Part shown: positions 49,626 through 58,775 of the stretch, in pieces
Layout of the letters: each line of letters starts with the position of its first letter
How positions within the stretch are numbered: the stretch's first letter is position 1
DNA from: an uncultured Spirochaetota bacterium
Lineage (GTDB): Bacteria; Spirochaetota; Spirochaetia; SZUA-6; Fen-1364
DNA length: 64,000 nucleotides
Direction of reading: 5' to 3'
Assembly (NCBI GenBank): GCA_963745235.1
Contig: CAVUXE010000054.1
Location: 32,001-96,000, forward strand
Program-made: the position numbers and the translations under genes
Notes under the pieces: model-generated
What the model was told of the DNA's origin: nothing
Database searches by the model: none
What the model saw: the letters and a program-made list of their open reading frames with translations, nothing else

Positions 49626-50357
49626 CTACTTCTGCTGTTCCAGGACACCCATCACGATCCGGGCGATGATGTCCACCAGCCGGGGGTCAACGTCCTCCAG
49701 CCCCGGCTTCGGCTTCCCCCACCCCTGTTCCTCCCGTACTTTGTACAACGTGCTGATCTCATTCTGGGAGAGCGGCTTGGGCTCCCCCAGGATCCTGGTG
49801 ACCAGCCGGACCCTCGCGTACATCTCCAGCACTTCCATGCGGTAGTATGCGTGCATCACATCGGTGCCCACGGTGAGCGCCCCATGATTTGACAGGAGCA
49901 TCGCATCACAGTCGGGGATCTCCTTCTCCACCGCGTTGGGGATTTCCTGCGTGGTCGGGGTCCCGTATTCCGCAAAGCCCACCTTGCCGAGCCCGAATAC
50001 AACCTCGGGAAGGATGATGTCCGCGTCCAGCCGGATGTGGCACGCCGCGAACCCCGTTGCCGCGGGGGGATGCGCATGGACGATGGCGGTGACATCGGGT
50101 CGCGCCTTGTACACGGCCAGGTGCATCTTCGTTTCCGAGCTCGGCTTCATGCTGCCGGAGATGACGCCGCCCTGCATGTCGATCTTCAGGATCGAATCCA
50201 CCGTGACGTCGCCCTTGTTCACGTTCGTGGGGGTAATAAGGATCTGGTTCTCCGCGAGCCGGACGCTGATGTTCCCGTCATTTGCCGCGACGAAGAACCG
50301 GTCACGCAACCTCTTCCCGGCCTCGACGATCTGCAGCCGGGCTTCCTGTTCCTGCAT
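49626..50357 (-). CDS. class II aldolase/adducin family protein (fuculose/rhamnulose-phosphate aldolase-like)
   Basis: ANDGNISVR, ITPT, PSSETKMH, VHAHPP, LSNHGA Zn ligands; extra C-terminal amphipathic helix. Confidence 0.92.
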   Translation of the reverse strand: MQEQEARLQIVEAGKRLRDRFFVAANDGNISVRLAENQILITPTNVNKGDVTVDSILKIDMQGGVISGSMKPSSETKMHLAVYKARPDVTAIVHAHPPAATGFAACHIRLDADIILPEVVFGLGKVGFAEYGTPTTQEIPNAVEKEIPDCDAMLLSNHGALTVGTDVMHAYYRMEVLEMYARVRLVTRILGEPKPLSQNEISTLYKVREEQGWGKPKPGLEDVDPRLVDIIARIVMGVLEQQK

Positions 50358-50824
50358 GAAAGCGATAGTAACGATTCAGGACTGCCGCGTCCAACGTCCA
50401 AGGAACGGCACGCTGACGACGGCAATCCCGATGGTCCCCATGCCGTGCCCGATGGAGACCTGGTCGATGATGTTGAAAAGATTGCTGTGTCCCCCGAGCG
50501 ATTGAGCGCCGCCGCGAGCCTGGCGCGTAGTCCTGGAGCGTCATGGCTTTCTGAAGCATCTGGAGCGTTGTGCCGGGAGGCGGCGTCTTCACGGGCAGCT
50601 CAGGCATATCCGGCAGGGGCGCGCGAGGATTGACCGCAGCGCGAGCGGCCAGGAGATGGAAAAAAACCTGCGGGCACCCTCCCAGTTTCGGCGCGCCCAC
50701 AGGCTTGTGTATTGTTATTTATGTTACAATTCGAGGGATTATTGATCAATAAATTACAGTTGTCAAGTCTAATATTGAAAATAACCAGCGATTATGCCGA
50801 TAATTACGATTGTTGGATAACAGT

Positions 50825-50848
50825 CAGAATGTTAGTATTAACATTCTG
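50825..50848. promoter_or_regulatory. putative DeoR operator
   Basis: Perfect 10-bp inverted repeat CAGAATGTTA-gtat-TAACATTCTG just upstream of the DeoR-family gene. Confidence 0.7.
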
Positions 50849-50863
50849 CGGAGTCCACACAAA

Positions 50864-51643
50864 GTGGCGACAAGAAACCGGAAAGGAAGAATCGAGCAAA
50901 TACTCGGGACTCTTCGAAGCGGGAGAGCCGCGTCCATCCACGAGTTGTCCCTGGAGCTTTCCGTTTCCGAAATGACCATCAGACGAGACCTCATGCTGCT
51001 TGCCGCCCAGAACAAGGTCCGCCTGGTCAGATCCGGGGCCGTGCTTCGAACGGGAGGGGAAGCTTCACCGCCGGTCTATTCGCTTGCCTCGGACAGCGCC
51101 TCCCGGGCGGCAGAGAAGGCAAGGATCGGCGCCAAAGCGGCTTCGCTTGTGCAGCCGGGCGATGTGGTGATCATCGACTCAGGGTCCACCACGGAGTGGC
51201 TGGCTCGCAGTCTTCCCCAGGAGATGCCGGTGACTGTCATCTGTTTTGCGCTGAACATTCTGCTGGAAGTGGGGGGGCGCAAGAACTGCACGGTGGTTTT
51301 CGCGGGCGGCAGGCTCAAAAGCGACACGCTGGTGTTCGAGAGCGTCGAAGGTCTCGAGCTCATCCGCCGCTACCGCGCCAACAAGGCGTTCCTGTCCGCG
51401 GGCGGTGTGAGTGATTCACTGGGGGTGACCTGCGTCGAGGCCGCGGAGGCTGAGCTGAAGAAGGCCGCCATCCAGTCCGCGCAATCCAGGATCCTCGTTG
51501 TCGATTCCAGCAAACTGGGAAGGGTCACCCCCTCGTGGTTCGCTGCGCTGGATGACTTTGACGTGATGGTGACTGACTCTGGAATCTCATTGGAATATGT
51601 GGAGATCGCGCGATCGAGGGGGATCGCGCTGCACGTGGCCTGA
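50864..51643 (+). CDS. DeoR/GlpR family transcriptional regulator
   Basis: VSEMTIRRDL HTH, EKARIG, IIDSGSTT, KAFLSAGGV, DSSKLG, VTD. Confidence 0.92.
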   Translation: MATRNRKGRIEQILGTLRSGRAASIHELSLELSVSEMTIRRDLMLLAAQNKVRLVRSGAVLRTGGEASPPVYSLASDSASRAAEKARIGAKAASLVQPGDVVIIDSGSTTEWLARSLPQEMPVTVICFALNILLEVGGRKNCTVVFAGGRLKSDTLVFESVEGLELIRRYRANKAFLSAGGVSDSLGVTCVEAAEAELKKAAIQSAQSRILVVDSSKLGRVTPSWFAALDDFDVMVTDSGISLEYVEIARSRGIALHVA

Positions 51644-51722
51644 GGATGCCTGGGCCGGGACTTCCTTGCCCTCCCGTTCATACACCAAAAGCACGCTTCG
51701 CCCGTCACTCATCCTGTACACT

Positions 51723-52277
51723 ATGAGCGTGGATGCGTCGCCGGATAGCAACGATGCGCAGCAGAGGATCGAGGAGGCCTACAGAAGGGAAAGGCCGCGG
51801 CACATGGCCCGCCTGCGCGCCTCGGGGCGCAGCCTGGAAGAGGCGGAGGACTTTGTGCATGACCTCTACCTCGAGACGCTGGAGCGCATGCCTTTTGTCT
51901 CCAGCATCCGAAACCTGCCGGCCTGGATCAATTCGCTGTTCACCCGGCGGCTCATAGACGCCTGGCGGCATGAACAGGTACGCAAGGCATCGGGTGAAGT
52001 CGACGTCGCTGAGGAGACCCTCCAGGAGATCATCGCCGGCACGGGCCTGGATCCTCTGGACGGTTTTGTGAGGGACAGCCTGGTGGACGCCCTGAACGAC
52101 GCGCTGCGCGTCCTGCCCGCGGCCCAGCGCCGGGTGGTAGAAGCCCAGGTATTCGGCGGCCTGACCTTCCGGGAGATAGCGGAAGCCACCGGAGAAAGCA
52201 TCGACACTCTGACGGCCCGCAAACGGTACGCCTTGCGCAACCTTTCCCAGGCCCTGAGGCACTGGATTGATGAGTGA
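51723..52277 (+). CDS. ECF RNA polymerase sigma factor
   Basis: EAEDFVHD region 2, AW..LIDAWR, LP.AQR.V, GLTFREIAE..G.SIDTL.ARKRYAL region 4. Confidence 0.88.
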   Translation: MSVDASPDSNDAQQRIEEAYRRERPRHMARLRASGRSLEEAEDFVHDLYLETLERMPFVSSIRNLPAWINSLFTRRLIDAWRHEQVRKASGEVDVAEETLQEIIAGTGLDPLDGFVRDSLVDALNDALRVLPAAQRRVVEAQVFGGLTFREIAEATGESIDTLTARKRYALRNLSQALRHWIDE

Positions 52278-52340
52278 ACAAACGGGATCGGGCGGCAGCT
52301 CGAACCGGCGACTATCCCGGGCTGAGCCCGGAGGAGGTGG

Positions 52341-52730
52341 GTGATGTCTGACAGGAATTACAGCAGCGGACCTGAAGAGGGCGGCTCCGGCGGAATGGAG
52401 GGCTGGTGGGAAGACCGCAGCCTCCCGGTGAAGATCCTCATGGGAACTGGATTTGGCATCCTGGGGATCGGCCTGCTCGCCTTTTTCGGCTGGGCGGTGA
52501 TGGCCCTGTGGAACTGGCTGGTGCCCGATCTCTTCGGCCTCAAGCGGCTTGACTATTGGCATGCATGGGGCTTGCTGATCTTGTGCTGGATCCTGTTCAA
52601 GAGTTGGGGGACCGGCAACAGCAGCCGCCGTACCGACCGAAAGCGCAAAAAGCAGCTGCGCCGCTACATGCAGCCGGACCAGGCTGCCGCTGGGGAAAGT
52701 CCGGCGGGGTCCCCCGGAGGAAACCCATGA
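52341..52730 (+). CDS. small membrane protein downstream of the ECF sigma
   Basis: VMALWNWLVPDLFGL..LDYWHAWGLLIL..ILF; GGAGGAGG RBS. Confidence 0.75.
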   Translation: MMSDRNYSSGPEEGGSGGMEGWWEDRSLPVKILMGTGFGILGIGLLAFFGWAVMALWNWLVPDLFGLKRLDYWHAWGLLILCWILFKSWGTGNSSRRTDRKRKKQLRRYMQPDQAAAGESPAGSPGGNP

Positions 52731-53701
52731 AAGCGATAGTAGCTCCAAAGTACGGATCAGCGTTCCTTCGGGTCCAGGAAGTAGCAAAGCCCGTTCCCCG
52801 GGACAATGAAGTACTGGTGGAGGTTCATGCAGCATCAGTCAACGCCGCGGATGTGCATCTGCTGAGCGGGAAGCCCTTCTTCATTCGCCTGATGGGATTC
52901 GGGCTTCTCAGGCCCAGGAACGCCATCCTCGGCGCCGCTGTCGCGGGGCGGGTTGCAGCGGTCGGGAGCATGACCAGGGAGTTTCGGCCCGGTGACGAAG
53001 TATTCGGGGACTTGTTCCGTTGCGGCTTCGGTGGTCTTGCCGAGTTTGTGTGTGCGCGTGAAGACGCCTTGGCGTTGAAGCCCCGCGGATTGTCTTTCGA
53101 GGAAGCCGCGGCCGTTCCCATGGCGGCGGTCACGGCCTTGCAGGGGCTTCGTGACAAGGGTCACGTTCACGCCGGGCAGAAAGTGCTGGTGTACGGGGCC
53201 TCTGGCGGCGTCGGTACTTTTGCGGTGCAGATTGCCAGGTCGTTCGGCGCAGAGGTGACCGCCGTCTGCAGCACCGGTAACGTGGACACAATGCGCTCAC
53301 TCGGTGCGGATCACGTCATTGATTACACCAAGGAAGACTTCGTTCAGAGCGGAAAGCACTATGACCTTATCATTGCTGCAAACGGAAATCGGTCGATCTC
53401 GGACTACAGACGCGCGTTGGGCCCCAACGGAGCGTATGTCATGATCGGCGGTTCGGCCAGGCAAATGTCCCAAGCCATGTTTCTTGGACCGTTGATGTCA
53501 CTCCGGGGGACCAGGAAAATGGGGAGCCTGATGGCGAAGCCAAGCAAACGCGACCTGGTTTTCCTCAGAGGGCTTCTTGAAGCCGGCGAAGTTGTCCCTG
53601 TCATTGACAGACGCTACCCCCTGGCTGAGGGCGTGGAAGCGCTGCGGTATCTTGAAAACGGCCATGCCAAAGGGAAAGTGGTCGTACGGGTGGAACACTA
53701 G
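52727..53701 (+). CDS. MDR superfamily NAD(P)-dependent quinone oxidoreductase/alcohol dehydrogenase-like protein
   Basis: VHAASVN, GDEVFG, AAAVP..A.TALQGL, GASGGVG, LGADHVIDY, HAKGKVV. Confidence 0.92.
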   Translation: MKAIVAPKYGSAFLRVQEVAKPVPRDNEVLVEVHAASVNAADVHLLSGKPFFIRLMGFGLLRPRNAILGAAVAGRVAAVGSMTREFRPGDEVFGDLFRCGFGGLAEFVCAREDALALKPRGLSFEEAAAVPMAAVTALQGLRDKGHVHAGQKVLVYGASGGVGTFAVQIARSFGAEVTAVCSTGNVDTMRSLGADHVIDYTKEDFVQSGKHYDLIIAANGNRSISDYRRALGPNGAYVMIGGSARQMSQAMFLGPLMSLRGTRKMGSLMAKPSKRDLVFLRGLLEAGEVVPVIDRRYPLAEGVEALRYLENGHAKGKVVVRVEH

Positions 53702-53979
53702 ATGAGGTTCCAAACCAGTCTGGACGCAAGCTCTCCCTCCCGCAGGAGTTCGTTTTTTTACAATACTCGCTGCTGGGGAAGCTCTATCTTCTGCCCTGGA
53801 ATGAAGGTTGGTGACCTTGTATGGAGTCTTCAACGCCGCATCTGTGCTAGAGGAGCTTCTTGACCCCTGCGTGGATTGATTCTCATATTAGCTGCAGTGG
53901 ACAAGCGGCTGGCGGCGGTAAAGCGGATCGCGGAGACGGTCCACGCCCGGCGGGTGGTCGCCGGTGACCGGTGAGGAGG

Positions 53980-54718
53980 ATGGAGATGGCTGAGCACCGG
54001 GTGTTGTCGCATGACAAGTGGGTCGAGGCACGGAAGAAGCACCTCGCCAAGGAGAAGGAGTTCACGCGGCTGCGCGACCAGCTGAGCCGCGAGCGCCGCG
54101 AGCTGCCCTGGGAGTTGGTGGAGAAGGAGCTACACGTTCGCGGGCGAGCGCGGCACGCAAACTCTGAGCGACCTGTTCGACGGCCGGAGCCAGCTGGTCG
54201 TCTACCACGCCATGTTCAACCCCGAAACCGCGGGACCGAAGACGACGTGGACGGTCGACGCCCCCTGCTTCTCCTGCTCCTTCTGGATGGACAACTTCAA
54301 CGGCATCACCGTCCACCTCAACCACCGCGACATCACGATGGCCGCCGTCTCTCGCGCGCCCTATCCGGCGATCGCCACCTACAAGAAGCGCATGGGCTGG
54401 GGCTTTCCCTGGTACTCGTCGGCAGGCAGCGATTTCAACTTCGACTACCGCGTCTCCTTCACCGATGCCGAACGCGCCGCCGGGAAGGTGGACTACAACT
54501 ACGGCATGAACTCGTGGAGCTCGATGTCGGAGGCGCCGGGCATCAGCGTCTTCCTCAAGGGCGGAGATGGCCGCATCTTCCACACCTACTCCACCTACGC
54601 GCGCGGGCTTGACATGCTGAACGTCGCCTACCACTACATGGACCTGGCGCCGAAGGGTCGAGACGAAGGGGACTCGGGCCAAAGGTGGGTTCGCCGCCGC
54701 GACGAGTACCCGGACTGA
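53980..54718 (+). CDS. DUF899 family thioredoxin-like protein, apparent frameshift near 54128
   Basis: LAKEKEFTR.RD.L...RRELPW..V.K; second frame CFSCSF, SRAP, YKKRMGW, SDFNFDY, FHTYSTYARG, DLAPKGRDE, WVRRRDEY. Confidence 0.88.
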
Positions 54719-54719
54719 G

Positions 54720-55547
54720 GTGACGATGGACACCCGTCGAATCTTATTGTCGCTGCGCCTGGCCAGGCCGGCCCGCCGGCGCGGCTTCTGTCCCGCCTGC
54801 GGGATCGATGTTACCGGTACGGCGGCGGCCGCGCGCGGCATGGAGATGGCGACCGGCGGCGTGACGGTGGCCGTCGTGCTCGCGGTGGCCGCGGCGGCCT
54901 GGGCGATCACGGCGTGGCAAATGCTCCGTTCGGGCATGATGATGGGCTCGGGCATGGCGATGGGTCTCGGCCCCGTATGGCCGTTCGCGGTCACCTGGAC
55001 GGAGATGATGGCCGCCATGATGCTGCCTTCGGCCATCCCGCTCGTGTACCGCTTCGCGCGGCAGGCGGAGGGCCGGCGCGCGCGGCCGTTCGCCCTTGCC
55101 GTGCTGGCGCTGGTCTACCTGGCGGTCTGGCTCGCCTTCGGGGTGGCCTGCTACTTTGCCTACAACGCGCTCGGTATGTCCGGGCGCAGCCGGGCCCTGG
55201 CCGGCGGCGTCGCGCTTGGGCTCGCCGCGCTCTACGCGCTGACGCCGCTCAAGCGTATTACCCAGGACCGCTGCCGCGAAGTTTGTGCGTTGCACGGTCC
55301 GCTGCCCTTCAAGCTGGTCCGCGCCGGCGCCCTCGCCGGGTGGCGCTACGGGTTGAGCTGTCTGGGCTGCAGCGCCGGCCTGATGGTCGCCATGGTCCTG
55401 GTCGGGATGTCCAGCCTGATCTGGACGGTTGTGCTGGCGGCCCTGGTCCTCGTCTACAAGTTCGCCCCACCGATGAGCTGGCGGCTGGACGTGGCGCTGG
55501 CAGCCGTGGTGGCCGGGCTCGGGATCGCCTACGCGGCGATAGGCTGA
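54720..55547 (+). CDS. DUF2182 family metal-binding integral membrane protein
   Basis: W..MMAAMMLPS, YLAVW, Y.LTPLK...C, G.RYG..CLGC...LM. Confidence 0.85.
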   Translation: MTMDTRRILLSLRLARPARRRGFCPACGIDVTGTAAAARGMEMATGGVTVAVVLAVAAAAWAITAWQMLRSGMMMGSGMAMGLGPVWPFAVTWTEMMAAMMLPSAIPLVYRFARQAEGRRARPFALAVLALVYLAVWLAFGVACYFAYNALGMSGRSRALAGGVALGLAALYALTPLKRITQDRCREVCALHGPLPFKLVRAGALAGWRYGLSCLGCSAGLMVAMVLVGMSSLIWTVVLAALVLVYKFAPPMSWRLDVALAAVVAGLGIAYAAIG

Positions 55548-55603
55548 CGGTCGATGGCCGAGCTGGCTGGAGCGCCAATCGCAGCCGCCCTCTTGCAGGG
55601 AAC

Positions 55604-56245
55604 ATGGTTTTCGACAACCCGATAGTACGCCTCATGATCAAAAGCCTCGTGCTGGTGGCAGCCGGGGCTTCGGGCATCATCGCGAAAAGCAACCTGCCCC
55701 TGTCCATCGTGCTGTTTGCCCTCTCGGTCCTGTTCGGCGCAGCAGACTACCTCCTGTCGCACAGGATAACCACTCTGGTCATGGAGCGCATCACCGGCAT
55801 CCTCGAAGCGGCGTACAGTTGCTGCAACTTTGCCCCTGACGAGGATGTCAGGGCAACGGTGTTCACCGCATCGCCCACCAGGAAGGACTCCCTTCACCAG
55901 ATTGGCCGCTACTACCCGACCAACCGGTACTCGAGCTACCGCAGGGGCCTGTCGACAAGCAAGGGAATAATCGGACTGTGCTTCAGAAGTCAGCAGCGGT
56001 GTCTTGAGGTCATCAAGCAGGAGTCGTCATTCAAGAGTCACCTGGTGGCGAAGTGGGGCTTCACGAAAGAAGAGGCTGACAGGGTGAAGATACGCAGGAG
56101 CTACCTGGCAATTCCGCTTTTCGACGCGCACGGAAAAACCCTGGGTGTCGCATACTTCGATTCCGCGAAGGAAGACACCTTCAGCCCCGAAGCAATTGAC
56201 ATGCTGGCGAATGCCTGCGTACCTTTGTGCAAGTGGGTGAGGTAA
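55604..56245 (+). CDS. 2-TM protein with a GAF-like domain
   Basis: Two hydrophobic helices, then KGIIGLCF...SYLAIPL...LGVAYFDS...F; no output domain. Confidence 0.65.
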   Translation: MVFDNPIVRLMIKSLVLVAAGASGIIAKSNLPLSIVLFALSVLFGAADYLLSHRITTLVMERITGILEAAYSCCNFAPDEDVRATVFTASPTRKDSLHQIGRYYPTNRYSSYRRGLSTSKGIIGLCFRSQQRCLEVIKQESSFKSHLVAKWGFTKEEADRVKIRRSYLAIPLFDAHGKTLGVAYFDSAKEDTFSPEAIDMLANACVPLCKWVR

Positions 56246-56249
56246 CCTG

Positions 56250-56522
56250 ATGCCCAGATCGACAAGACCAAAGGCCCTGCAGACCCCATCTGCCAACCAG
56301 TATCTGTCCTACGGCTGGAAGAGGGTGCACACCTCTGCCGCAGGGACCGCCTACACATCGACAGTACCGTCGGACATAAAGAACAGAATGATGGAAGCCG
56401 GCAAGGAGAAAAGAGTTCTCTCAACAGGCACCGTCTTCGAGCGGCTCCTTTCCCGTGCAAGCAGCAACGTCGTAGCGTTCAAGGAAACCAGGACAAGGCC
56501 TACAGCTCGACAAGAAACTTGA
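56250..56522 (+). CDS. small hypothetical protein
   Basis: ATG 4 nt after the previous stop with a GAGGT RBS; overlaps the GntR 3' end. Confidence 0.4.
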   Translation: MPRSTRPKALQTPSANQYLSYGWKRVHTSAAGTAYTSTVPSDIKNRMMEAGKEKRVLSTGTVFERLLSRASSNVVAFKETRTRPTARQET

Positions 56523-57240
56523 CCTTGTCTCCCCTGTACACGCAGCGGACAACGTAAACCGCGCGTGAGTCCATGGAAAGAACCTTCGTCTTGATGATCA
56601 AGGCCAGGTCCGCTTTCTTCATTCTCAGGAGCTTCCCTTCATAGGCATCGGCTTTTCCCGGCTCGATGGAGACGGCGGATCTTGCCAGGGAGTACCCGTA
56701 GTCCTCTTCGAGGATGTCGTTGAAGGGTCTTGAAACCATGTCCTTGAGATGGATATCCCGGCAGGTCTCCGCGGCAATATTGATCTCCTCGAAGCACAGG
56801 GGCTCATTATCTCCCAGCCTCAGCCTTTCGATCCTGGTGATCTCGGTGCCGCTCCTGATTCCCAGCTCATGGCCCAGGTCCGCTTTTGCGGCCACGGACT
56901 CGATCTTGATGACCCGGGTGGAGGGCTCCAGGCCGTTTTGCCTCGCCCACTTGGTGAAGCTGAAAAGCCGGCTCAGGTGCGGCTCATACTTGGTCTTGCG
57001 GATGAAGGTGCCCTTGCCCTGGATCCTTTCCAGGATGCCCTCGTTTGCGAGGATCTTCATGGCTTCCCTGACCGTGATCTTGCTGACCTGGTAACGCTCG
57101 CACAGCTCGTTGTCCGTGGGTACCAGCTCGTCTTCCTTCCATCTGCCGGTCTGGATCTCCTCCAGGAGATGGTTCTTCACCTGCAGGTACAACGGGACCG
57201 AAGCGTTGCGGTCCACTTTTGCTGAGACGGCCGTAAGCAT
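56500..57240 (-). CDS. GntR family regulator, HutC/UTRA subfamily
   Basis: PLYLQV, VSKITVREA, RIQGKGTF, LFSFT, ERLRL..NEP, YRGD. Confidence 0.92.
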   Translation of the reverse strand: MLTAVSAKVDRNASVPLYLQVKNHLLEEIQTGRWKEDELVPTDNELCERYQVSKITVREAMKILANEGILERIQGKGTFIRKTKYEPHLSRLFSFTKWARQNGLEPSTRVIKIESVAAKADLGHELGIRSGTEITRIERLRLGDNEPLCFEEINIAAETCRDIHLKDMVSRPFNDILEEDYGYSLARSAVSIEPGKADAYEGKLLRMKKADLALIIKTKVLSMDSRAVYVVRCVYRGDKVKFLVEL

Positions 57241-57263
57241 TCCTCCTTTGCGGGTCCCTGCGA

Positions 57264-58775
57264 CTACGCATCCGGCGGCAGCGCGAGGGTCTCCATCTGC
57301 CTGTAGGCGCGCCGGAAGCTGTCAAACTTTTTTCTATAGACAACGTTCGCGGATTCGTCGAACGGAACGACGCGCTTTTCCCTGACCATGTTCTTTACGG
57401 AATCCCGCAGGGACGAATAATACCCTATCCCCTTGTACGCAAGAATGCCACACCCCAACGCGCCAAGCTCATCCTGTTCAGTCTGGACCATCTGCTTCCC
57501 CAGCACGTCCGCCAGCATGTGAAGCCAGAGATCGCTCTTGACGATTCCCCCGGAGACCTTCACGGACTTCAGCCCCACCCCCAGTTTTTCACAAACCTCC
57601 TGGCCGGTCAGGTAGAGGTCCAGGATTTCCAGGAGTATCCCTTCCAGCACCGCCCGGGTGAGGTGACTCCTGCCATGCCTCCGCCGCAGGCCAAGGAATA
57701 TCCCGCAGGCGCCCGGGTTGCTGTGGGGGTTCCGGGACCCCAGGATATAGGGGAGAAAGAGCAGGCCGTCTGCTCCGGGGGGAACAGGGCGAGCCTCCTC
57801 GTCAATCTCCTTGTATCCAAGGCCTGCATTCCGAATCAGCTCATCCCGATACCATCTCAGCACATCACCCGATGCCGCGGTAGCCATGATCGAATACCAA
57901 CGGTCGGCCGCCGGATGGCAGAACACGTAGTTTCTGTGCCCGGCGTCGATGGGCGGCTTCTCCGTTGCCACACCGATCACCCCGGCAGAGCCGACGGTGA
58001 TCCCCACGTCCCCGCTTTCAATGACACCCAGCCCCAGGATGGTGCAGATCCCGTCCCCCGTTCCCACCACAACGGGAAGTCCTTCGGGGAGCCCGGTGAG
58101 CTGGCTTGCTTCCCGGGTGAGAGTCCCGCCGGCCGAATCCGAGCTCCTGAGCTCGGGGAAAATCGATGCCGGCAGCCCGAGTGCACGCGCGGTATCTGCG
58201 CTCCAGCGACGGTGCGCAACATCCAGCATGAGGCTTCCCGAAGCGTCGCCGTAATCGCTGCACACGACCCCGGTGAAGCGGTAGCGGATGTAGTCTTTGA
58301 TCATGATGAACGTCGAAATGCGCGCAAAGTTCCCGGGCTCATGGTCACGGACCCACTCGATTGCGTTGAGCGTGCTCTCTCCGGTCAGGAGACTGCCCGA
58401 GCACCCCGCAATGAGCTTGTCCTTTCCGTGCGCTTTCAGCTTTTCGCATTGGGCAAGGAGCCGCTCATCCTGCCAGTGGATGACCGGCCTTACCACGCGG
58501 CGCTTTGCATCCAGGAAGACGGGCATGATCATCATGGCGCACGCGCACACAGCCTGTATCCGGTAGTCCCCGGCGCCGCGTTCAACAACGGTGCGAATGG
58601 ATCCGGCAATCCTCTGCCACAGGTCATCCGGGTCAATCTCAAACAACCCGGGACCGGGTTTGACCAGGGGATACTCGCCTGCATGGCTGAGGACACACTC
58701 CCCGGATGGCGTTATCAGGCTGTACTTGATGCTGGAGGTTCCGATATCCACCCCCAGCACGACATCCTTGCTCAT
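57264..58775 (-). CDS. FGGY family carbohydrate kinase (xylulokinase-like)
   Basis: LGVDIGTSS, WQDER, KDYIRY, SD..DASG, GTGD, FLPYILG.R.P, RAVLEG, SGG..S..W...LADV. Confidence 0.92.
   Translation of the reverse strand: MSKDVVLGVDIGTSSIKYSLITPSGECVLSHAGEYPLVKPGPGLFEIDPDDLWQRIAGSIRTVVERGAGDYRIQAVCACAMMIMPVFLDAKRRVVRPVIHWQDERLLAQCEKLKAHGKDKLIAGCSGSLLTGESTLNAIEWVRDHEPGNFARISTFIMIKDYIRYRFTGVVCSDYGDASGSLMLDVAHRRWSADTARALGLPASIFPELRSSDSAGGTLTREASQLTGLPEGLPVVVGTGDGICTILGLGVIESGDVGITVGSAGVIGVATEKPPIDAGHRNYVFCHPAADRWYSIMATAASGDVLRWYRDELIRNAGLGYKEIDEEARPVPPGADGLLFLPYILGSRNPHSNPGACGIFLGLRRRHGRSHLTRAVLEGILLEILDLYLTGQEVCEKLGVGLKSVKVSGGIVKSDLWLHMLADVLGKQMVQTEQDELGALGCGILAYKGIGYYSSLRDSVKNMVREKRVVPFDESANVVYRKKFDSFRRAYRQMETLALPPDA

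Noticed and set aside
53897-53944. GTGGAC...GTCCAC stem as a riboswitch upstream of DUF899
   Set aside because: No riboswitch consensus recognised; better explained as a coding remnant. An Infernal/Rfam scan would settle it.
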